The notes below the pieces were generated by a model that searched no databases, was not told where the DNA came from, and was given only the letters and a program-made list of their open reading frames with translations. Below, in pieces: positions 54,250 to 64,000 of a DNA stretch of 64,000 nucleotides. Made by a program: the position numbers and the translations under genes. Source of the DNA: Mizuhopecten yessoensis. Lineage: Eukaryota. The stretch is from contig NW_018408902.1 in NCBI RefSeq assembly GCF_002113885.1, forward strand, positions 892,550 to 956,549. Direction: 5' to 3'. Position 1 is the first letter of the stretch. Every line of letters starts with the position of its first letter.

Positions 54250-57200
54250 ATTGCAGATACGTATACAATCAATCTATACGTCTCTATTAGATTTGCAATA
54301 CATTTTCATAAACTTTATCAGTGTTCAGACAAAATCTTTTTCCTTTAATAAAAGCCTCAGTCGCTCTATTTTTTCATTCAAATTAATATTAGTAAATTTA
54401 CGATTTACTCGGTTTATAACACTTATTAGTCAATAGGCTTGTCATCAAAACATTGAATTGACTAGTTTCAAAAATTTAATTTTGACTTGAATGAAATTAA
54501 CAATACATTTATAATTAGTATCTAGTAGTAAAAAAGACGATCTATGTTAATACATAGAAAACTTGAAATGAAAGACCAGCGCTAGGTCTGATTGTCATTT
54601 TTTATTTGTGTATTCTAACCAAATCTTCAAACCGTGTTTGGGATATTGAAGTATAGGACTTGGACCAGTTTAAAACATATTTTACCCAATCATTTTGTTA
54701 ATGTGTTTAAACCACATGCTAATACTTCCATAAATAATAGTCTCAATTTAAGATAATTTCCAGAGCTAATCCGAACCCCGACTTGGAATGTTTACCAATA
54801 CATGTAGTCCATATTATAGTTTGTTTTTCATACATAGCAATTAGGGACATGGAGCGTTGATAAGGATGTAACAACTTATGCCCAATCCTCTTAGGCTTTA
54901 AAGGTCAATGCATCAACATTTTATACATTTAATTCATTAGCCAGAAAAAAGGATAAAACCAACATTGTGAAATGTCGTGCGTTGTTGGGTCGTTACGAGG
55001 TGAATAGTTGTCTCAAGTCCCAACCAATAGCAGATAAAGTATTATAATAATTAATAGTGATAAGAAATGTTTTAAATGAGGTTGCATCCACAGTAGTATT
55101 ATGCCGAAACGTCTAAGCTTCACAACTATTTGTTAATTCAATATTTTGCCAAATGTAAGATAGGTTGTCAAAGTAGAACCTCTACTGATAATCCCAAGTT
55201 CATCTATAAACGACTACAAGATACAAGCATTTTTATTTAACGTCGCATATTCAAAACGGTTAACATCATCACTGTAATGCTATTCTTGCGATAAACGCAA
55301 CGACTCGGGGGCGAATTTACCACTACGCATTGTAAAATAAAAACGGAGAAAAAATGTATTTTGTTATAAAGCAGAGAGCAATTAAAACGATTAAGGTATT
55401 CTTTAAGTAATGAAATCCTATCAGAACATCCAAGGATACATGTTTTTTTTTAATTCAGTACACAAAAAAAGTTATGTTCGCCATACTGTTCATTTCTACG
55501 CACGGAATGATTTTATTGTGAAATAGGAAGTAGACAGGCGGCGACATTTCAGAAACCCCAATGTTTTTAAATCCATGATGAGTATATTTTGTAATTAGTT
55601 GATCAATGCCATACTGGTTTAACTTAATTAGGCGAATCTTAACTAATTTAACTATCACAGACTTACAGCGGAACATTTAGAACGGAACACAGGACGTGTC
55701 GATCAAGGTCGACTTATGAACGAACACGTACATCACTTTTTCCAGTTAAAAAGATACTGCCAGTATTTGATACTTGAGTTAAAATCGGAAACTAAGGTGA
55801 ATGGCACATTCTCTTATCCTGGAAACGCACACGCATGCATGCTTATAATTAACTTGGTGATCTTTATTTAGACAGCAATCTTTTTTTAAAAATACAAATA
55901 AAGTGTTTTTGCTGTTGTTAAATACATACCCACTTAATTTATGATCACTCGAATAGAACTGACGTATCTTTAAATAGAAAAACAGTCAGAAACGTCGCCT
56001 GTGTCTGTGGCTTTAGCTCAAGAATCCAATGAGCTAACGGCAACCGAAGACGCCGGAAGCCTCGTCAAGGCCTGGGAGAGCATCTAATACGGCTTATGTT
56101 TTGTGGATTGACAGAATGGTAAAGTATATGTTATAGTTTTGTCTGTATAAAATAAGAATGGTAAACAGAGATTCATGTTTGTAGTAAACAACAGGTCATG
56201 TCTATATAAACAATTATACAGGTACACTCTGCTGATACATGGGGTTAGGTCAGCTTTGGTAATATGTCACAACAATTTACAGCCTCAATTAGACATTTGG
56301 CAGTTTCAGTAGGACTTCGGAACGGTTGAAGACAGAGCGATATTCGAGGTAAAAACTGACCACAACTTGTTCAGTTCTGCCAATAGCAAAAAAAGTTGTA
56401 ATTTGTATCAATGGGTACTTTAAACTTAGAAATACAGCTACCTTGATAATTTGATCAATTCGGCCGTTGCCCATGACTTAAAGAGCTGCCAACTAAAATC
56501 GTAAACTGTTCTATTTGCCATTAAAAGAGGAAACCACTGACACCAAATCTCACCTAGCCTACACCAGAGACATCTAAAGCCAGTAGTATAGAATCTCAGT
56601 AGTACAAAATAAAGCCTCTGCATAATCCCAACACCTTAACTGTATATAGGAAAATACCAGATGTATGCTAGGTGAGACACTCGGTTTTCAAATACAGGTC
56701 CAGTGTGGTTATCGGAAGCATTTGAAGCATTATCTAGGCTCATCTTTACCTATAATTGTGAAACCTATGATTCTAATGATAGTGAGGAGGACTTAACAAA
56801 AACCCACGCTAAACACGTATCACCAGAAACAACACAACATTGGATCATTTGTCATTCAATGGTAAAAAAAAAAACGTAAAAAAAACAAAGTGGCTAATGA
56901 CACCCGAGATAGATAAGCAAAAAACGGTATGCCGGGTGGCGGATTCCGGAATTTTTTCATGTTGCGATAGTGTAGGCGGTTGTGCATATCCGGATAGGGC
57001 TAAGAACTACGAATTGAAGCTTTAATCAACAACAACAAAATGCATCAGTTGAATAAATCCAAAGAAATTTGCATTAGTAAGCCAGCATAGCTAGCAAGGC
57101 AGAGTAAGAACAATATCCTATGATACACAACCGGGTTTTTTTCTCAAAATTATTGCAATATGAAAATAACCGATTGGTTGAATAAGAGCTTATATGAAAC

Positions 57201-58842
57201 TGCCGGTAGTGGTTTAGTTAAATGTGTAAAGTAGGCAAAAACAATCGCAAACTACCTGATCCAACTACTTTGATCGAAATAAAGAGTAAAATTCGTCTTA
57301 AATACAAAAAAAAATGAAAATTGCCAACACTATTTAGTAATAACTTACTCACGACACAGAATAGAATCAAGAGTAAAAAGTGGAAACGAACAGAAGTAGG
57401 AAGGAGAGAACCATATTTCATAAAATTTAGAAGATGTGAGCATAAGCTTAAATTAGCGACCGAACGCATGAAAAAGATACCCTAGGACCAAAGACTTCGT
57501 AAAAATGTTCCATAGTTCACAGTAAAGAACCTTTCTTCATTAATTGTCCTCTAACACAACCATCTAACCAGAAATATATGTTTTAAGTAACAGAATGAAT
57601 ATCAATCATTGGGGAAAAAACTTAAAATACAAGACTCCAAGAAATAGACGTGACTCCTGATCATAAAACAATCAATCAATGAGGAGACTGTTTCTTTCTC
57701 AAAGCACACGATATAAGGATATTTATCTCGAGCTGTGTACAGGCAACAAGTCACGCTTTCTCAGAAGAGCTATTATTACGACAAACAACTGTAAAGAACA
57801 ATCGATATGGCAGTAAAACAATAACAACATACACGTAGTTATGTTAAACGAGAAATGGTAATCTAGAAGGTTGTTCCACACTCTTACAGCTTCAGAGCGA
57901 AATAAGTTGAGGCCATGCTTAGCTCTTGGAATTTCGGCTGTTTCATAAAAACTGTGAGCCGAGCTTACGCAGCTGAAAGATTACGCAACATTTTAAAAAT
58001 GTCTTTTGCCGCGAGTTTGATATTTTATGTCTAGTTTACTCTTTGTTAATGGGTTATGGATTGGGGACGCCAGCCCTCTTAAACAAAAAAGAACATTCTT
58101 TCAGGTTTTTCCACACGAGAATTTATTTCGAGTGGTCGGAAAGTGGCGACGGTTCCCGACTGAATCACTAACAGAATGTCGCTGTTGCTTGTTGATAAGA
58201 CAACTGCTGTGGTGGTCCTCTGAGTTTGTGAAAGGCAAATTCGATATCCACTGCGCATCCCGACCACTTCAATGACAAGAACCCCCATGTCCCCTTGCCA
58301 AGACCCTCCTCTGGACTCGCTCCTAAATATATCCATTCAGAACAAAGACTAGTTACGCTCCTGTCAACGATATGGTATTGATGAGAAAAACACCGTTCTG
58401 AATGCCATTTTTTATCAAGTGCTAGTCTACGGCGACAAATACCATGTATGCTCGCACATCCCTGTGTTCTCATCCGGGAAAATACCATCGTTAAGGTTTT
58501 AGCACTTGTTGTCCGAAAATTATTACTTTTAATCAACAATAAAGTATATTAAAACCAGAGATTGAAAGAATGGTTTTATGTCAGTCAATGCAAATAATTC
58601 CGAATTTTACACAAAATTGATGGCCTGACACAATTTTAATATTTTAATAAAGAGAGACTACCCTAAGATTTTCATGGTTATTTTGCAACAAATTGCTAAG
58701 AATAACTTCCAGGTCAAGAGCCTATTGCATCATGACCAGGTAATAGGTCCCAACATTGTCCCCTCATAGAGATACAAAGGTCAATTAATTACAGGTGCTT
58801 GCGAGGAAGGAAATAAATGAATATTCACCAAATAATTGGTAT

Positions 58843-58867
58843 CAGAGACGTATATATTCCGTCTCTG
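58843..58867. mobile_element. 25-bp palindromic micro-element, same family as 54225
   Basis: CAGAGACGTATATATTCCGTCTCTG, 23 of 25 identical to the 54225 copy; flanks TTGGTAT / TTGATAC. Confidence 0.6.
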
Positions 58868-59985
58868 TTGATACCAATTAAAAGTTCTTATTTAAATATA
58901 TAGCGGGGTAAAAATATATATACTGATTTACAATTAAGGAATTTTAAATGAAGTATTTAAATCAGGATGATTTAAATGTCCCTGTTAGAATTGCAAAGTG
59001 GGAATGATCGTCCGTGAGAGGCTCGCCTAACTGGACCTGTAGTCCACAGGTGCGGCTAAGAAGGTCTGAGAGTATAGCAGTACACAGCCTAATTGGTGCT
59101 AATGGATTAGTGGGCGTCTCCTGCTGACAGACACACAATGCAATCCGGTACAGGTACTGACTTCATCGGCTAATCAACCATCCGTGACCAGGTAAACGTT
59201 ATTTGGTCACTGTCAGGCTACACCAAAATGAGAAATAGTTTTTTACTCATGGTAACAAGAGCATTAAAACATGGTACAATTTCAGCCTCACGAAAAGTCA
59301 CCATTAAAAAAAACAAATAAACATCGTGATTCAGTTGTGAAAATTGGTATACTATACGTGTATAGGTATTAAAATGATACACAGTGATTAACCTGATCCT
59401 GACATGGTACGTGACGAACCGATTAGTCGGCATGATCAAAGAAAATAGTAAAATAAGCCTCAACCCTAAAATACATAGTGCATTTCGTCCAAACTACACA
59501 AACATAGTAGAATCCCTAACTTCAGAGAAATGTTGCGAAGATTTAACGTTCTGAGTTTGGATACGATCAATCCGGAATGGGTGCATCACCTTTACTGTAG
59601 GTATGGTGTCATCTCAATTCTTAAACTGTTTATTGAACCACGGACTTAAGATAGCAAATCTAATCTAATTCCGTGATTGAACTAAAAGCGCATATCATTC
59701 CGCGCCATACAGACAAACAGTAACAAGTATTTGATACGTTGTGGCCTAATATGCGACCTGCTGACACCCGTCGACTTGGTGTATCAACTGAAGGCCGTCT
59801 GTAACAATTCAGGGACTCGGCATCAAAAACCGCTAACACACAGCAACAGGTTCGTCAGGTTTTTATAGTCACAATGAGTGCAATACCTGCTAATAAGCTG
59901 TATATTAGAGTAAACTACACATCATGTTTACTAGCTCGTGCATCCGGTTTGGAATGACAACTTTGATATGAGTTATGCATTGGTT

Positions 59986-60021
59986 CAGCGACGTATATTC
60001 TACTGGCTTTATATGTCTCTG
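59986..60021. mobile_element. 36-bp micro-element, same family as 54225
   Basis: CAGCGACGTATA...TATATGTCTCTG; flanks ATTGGTT / ATTGGCT (6 of 7 match). Confidence 0.6.
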
Positions 60022-60148
60022 ATTGGCTCTACGTGTTGGCATTGAACATTTATGTATTATAGACTACAGAAAAACACTCGACATCAGGCAAATTCAGGAT
60101 GTGACCGCCGCCGCCGCCCTTAATTTTAAGATGTTTATTTTAAGATTG

Positions 60149-60392
60149 TATGTAATATAATTACTTACCTTAGATGGTATGTAATATGATTACTTACCTT
60201 AGATGGTATGCCATATAATTTCTTATCTTAGATGGTATGTTATATAATTACTTACCTTAGATGGTATGTTATATAATTATTTACCTTAGATGGTATGTTA
60301 TATAATTACTTATCTTAGATGGTATGTTATATAATTATTTACTTTAGATGGTATATGTTATATAATTACTTATCTTAGCTGGTATGTTATAT
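60149..60392. repeat. 29-bp minisatellite, about 8 copies
   Basis: Unit ATAATTACTTACCTTAGATGGTATGTTAT. Confidence 0.95.
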
Positions 60393-62018
60393 TATCATTT
60401 ATCTATCATCATTTTTATTGTAATGAATACTGTTAACTATACAGCTGGGACCAGGGACGTATAAAACTCTACTAGTTTATAATATCAGAGACATTCCAGG
60501 ACATGGCGGACCAGATATATTTTAATACGACTCAAGACAATCTACATTATAAGTTAACATTCAAAATGTCGTACAATTTTGTACGATTTCGCCTCGACTA
60601 ATTTACAAAACCCATATTCACATACCAACTTCAATCTGACGTTTCTCTCGTTTGTAGCAAGGTGAGTCATTACCATGTTGGAATGTAGTCATTTATTTGA
60701 CCAAAAAGCTTGGATAACAACAGTTAATTAACTGCGGCATTGGGTAATTTACCACTCGGGTTAAAACAAACACCTGTTGTTCTAATTCCCAGTTTAACAG
60801 CTGTAAACTGCGCCAGCGTAAAAAAAGATATACCACGGAGTTAGAGTAGACCGAAGTCCGTACTGAAACGTCTACACTGACTTGACTATTTAATGTTGCA
60901 GTTTTGTCAATTTTTCCTAACCAAATAGATAGTTTGAGGGCTAATCTTATGAAGTTATTCTATCGTGACATTGTTAAATTGGGCAATGTAAGTATATTTT
61001 ATAATATGATGAAGGGTGACAATACTCACAGTACAGTTGCTTATTCCTACTAAAGATCACGTAATGTAACGGTGCGGTATCTGGGCCTGAAATGCAGATC
61101 TGGATCTACGACACAGTTTGTACGAAATCCACGTCATTAGGTGACATTAGAAGATAAGGGATTACAATCAACGACATCACAATCTGTAACAAATTCAAAA
61201 ATATAACATGTAAATAATAAGTAATCACTTTCTTCTCCCATCGCTATCGTTGACAAGGTACATATTCATGATATTGTTTATTTTACCTTATAGATAATAG
61301 GTGGGGTTTTACAATGCAGACTAAACACGAAGTACATCCCGTACGATCACATTTGGTAAAGTTTGAAAACTATTACATAATTTATCACAAGTAAATATTT
61401 ACAAAAGATTTTTGTTTTGGATCAGAAGAGTAATTTATTCAATGACTGTTATAAAACACATTTATATTAAAGCCAATGTAAAGAAGGGTTATTACTATAA
61501 AGTGATTTATATATATCGGAGTGGCTATTGACACTCTGGCTAGAAAAGCAAAAATCGGTATGCCGGATGGCGGATTCCGGAAAGTTTTAACAAGGTGTAA
61601 AGTTACATACCGCTCGAGACAGGTCGGTGGTTAAATGTTTCACTGAAATGAGTCTTCCATGTGTCCATAACGACAGATCTGCCGTCCTGGGTTGCACGTG
61701 TAGAGCGAGGACTCAAACGTCTATAGAACACTATTATGGTGTGACTGATGATACGCAAGACGAGGAGAGTGTATTGCAGTATGATCTACTACATCAGATG
61801 AAATAAAAGGCACACGAGCTTTAACGATCAAGTGAGTTGTACTGTATTTATTTTTTGCTGTTGAGAAGTGAAGTTGAAATGAAAAATATGGATACAAAGC
61901 AATACCATTAATTACCCATCACATCAGCAACAAAAAGTACAATTAAGCAAATTTAGTACTGTTCTGAGACTGTACTGAGATTGTTTCCCATTTACTGAAA
62001 ATATTGATTTATTTAGTA

Positions 62019-62800
62019 AACTAGAGGCCAGGGACCAAGCGGTGAGACCGAAGGCAGAACATTCTCTTTTTTTTTTAGGAAGAACCCACACAGGCCTTAA
62101 TAATCATGCTATTAATTTGTTTCCTAAATTGATATATACCCGCTATACAAAAGCATTATTTCCACGTTAAATACACTGTTAGGCCCCCTTCCAAGATATT
62201 TATAATGGTAGCAGAACAGCCATAAAGGATTTCTGGTCGTCCCCCAAAATAACACTTTATCAGGACCAGGCATCAGTTGATCACTTCTACCAAATTCAAT
62301 TAAATTTGAAGGAGGCATCCTAAATGAGGGGCATCCCAACTGGATTTCTGACTGACTCACAATAAGCAACAATTTTTCAATGTCATTCATATCGATCAAC
62401 CTTACCATGTTTCCGTTTGAATCGGCCGATAAGGACACGAGTTTAAGTTCAAAATAAGTTTTCAAAATGGCGACCATGGCAGCCATATTAGATTTCTTAC
62501 TGACACGTAAAATGACCAATTTTGTCAGGATAATGTATTGAACATACTTATGAATTTTCATTGAAATCCCTTGTCTAAACTGTTTTTTAACTTCAAAATA
62601 AATGTCCAAGATGGCTGCCATAGCGGCCATCTTGAACATAGGACTGATATGAAAAATAACAACACATGGGCAGAATCATGTATAGAATATTCTCATATTT
62701 TTCATTAAAGTGCCTGCATTATTTGAATTTCAATTCGAAATGTAACATTAAAACACATGGCTGACGAAGACGTATTGCAAGAGGTCACTTGAATATAAAA
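62019..62800. mobile_element. Degenerate HINE-like repeat
   Basis: AACTAGAGG start and repeated AAAATGGCG/CAAGATGGCTGCC...GGCCATCTTG motifs, as in the element at 889-1975. Confidence 0.5.
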
Positions 62801-64000
62801 TATGCTACGTTTCGGAGTCCCTCAGGGGTCGGTATCTCAAAACAGATAAGAGAGATATGTTGTCATTATAACCTTCTCTGTCACTGTTTCACTACACACT
62901 AGATCTGCAGTTATCAACACGACAGCAGGGACACCGTAGCAGGAAGTCATGAAGCTTGTCTGACAGATATCAGTACCCGGATGAGGAAAATATACAACTG
63001 ATTGTCCTTTCTCCAAAGCATTATCAGATAAAGCCTCTACAGCTAAAGTTCGATGCCATTACTGGATGTAACGATATCACCACCTCGCTGAGTATTCATT
63101 GTTTTGTTGAAATGAATGCAACTTGAAAGAGGAAAACATCTCATTGCCGATTAAATGTGAACTCAAGATTCACATAAACTGTTAAAACAGAAGTAAGTTA
63201 AAGAGGTCCATTACGAAATAAGGATGCGTATTCATTTAAGTGGATCATGATTTTAATGATATCTAAACCACAGTTTATAACGATGGCACTTTCAAATGAA
63301 AGTTAAGAAATATCTGGGGAGTTAATACTTAGGTGCAGACACGATTCGTTTACCTCTGTATGGCTCTATTTGCACTGTCGAACCCAAACACTTTCGTAAA
63401 AGAGTTCGAATTGTTTGAAAAGTTCCAAATGTAACGTCCTGCGTGGATATGTTGGTGAAGCTCAGATGTTCCAGCTCAGATCGATGATGATGATGCTGAT
63501 GGGAAAAGTTAATTTTAGTGACAAAAGGCAATTACTCTCGTAAAAATTAACTCAGCATCCCCATTTACTATATCGTCAATTGCATATAATGTCCATCACA
63601 CATACTACCTCCCAAAGGATGCGGTCGAGAATTATGGGACTAGTCATAAGGAAGAGGAGAAGAAAAACAATTTCATTGCAGCTTCGGAAACGGAAACAAA
63701 GCAAAAGCCTTAAGATTCAAGCGGAAGTCATAATAGCAAGAGAAAGATACCAAAACGATCCAGCCGTACACGGAAAGCATTAAGCATGAAACTGAGAGGA
63801 TACTCAGGATTGCTACCTCAAAGACAATATTGCAAGATAGAGCCTTCATAATGGATACTGGAGCTCAGTAACAACATCAGTAAGGTCTACAGATCGATCA
63901 GTAGACACAGAATCAAGAGAAAAGCTAGGGGGCTACACTAAAGATGACATCAATATACTGACGATGGCACCTTAATAGAATGTTTCCAGCGTTTCTCGTC

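Noticed and set aside
58027-58539. Overlapping 82-123 aa ORFs in a GC-richer patch
   Set aside because: No recognisable domain or consistent splice structure; a decayed gene or transposon cannot be excluded without a homology search.
62124-62639. 171-aa ORF with KMAAMAAIL motifs
   Set aside because: Translation of the AAAATGGCG/GCCATCTTG repeats of a non-coding HINE-like element.
63580-64000. Purine-rich, coding-like sequence at the window end
   Set aside because: Stops interrupt all plus-strand frames and I recognise no motif.

Overview
AT-rich animal genomic DNA, most likely a bivalve mollusc such as a scallop (inferred from repeat types, not verified). There are no prokaryotic genes, operons or CRISPR arrays. 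The main feature is the 5' part of a spliced minus-strand gene for an ankyrin-repeat PP1 regulatory subunit (PPP1R16A/B, MYPT3/TIMAP family). Six coding exons join in frame with GT-AG boundaries: 23659-23914, 16784-16854, 14875-15020, 6176-6279, 2928-3052 and 209-334. The gene continues past the left edge. A probable promoter and non-coding first exon lie near 53.9-54.0 kb. The introns hold a 5'-truncated RTE-X-like LINE with an uninterrupted ORF, a decayed Penelope-like GIY-YIG fragment, two minimal hammerhead ribozyme motifs, Helentron/HINE-like elements with internal satellites, SINE remnants, several small MITEs with target-site duplications, and over a dozen minisatellites. The most interesting observations are the two hammerheads (intact core antisense to the gene, core-mutated one in sense), a 103-bp perfect palindrome with an 8-bp TSD, and a family of 25-36 bp micro-elements with 7-bp TSDs. 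Most ORFs in the provided track are repeat-derived or chance.
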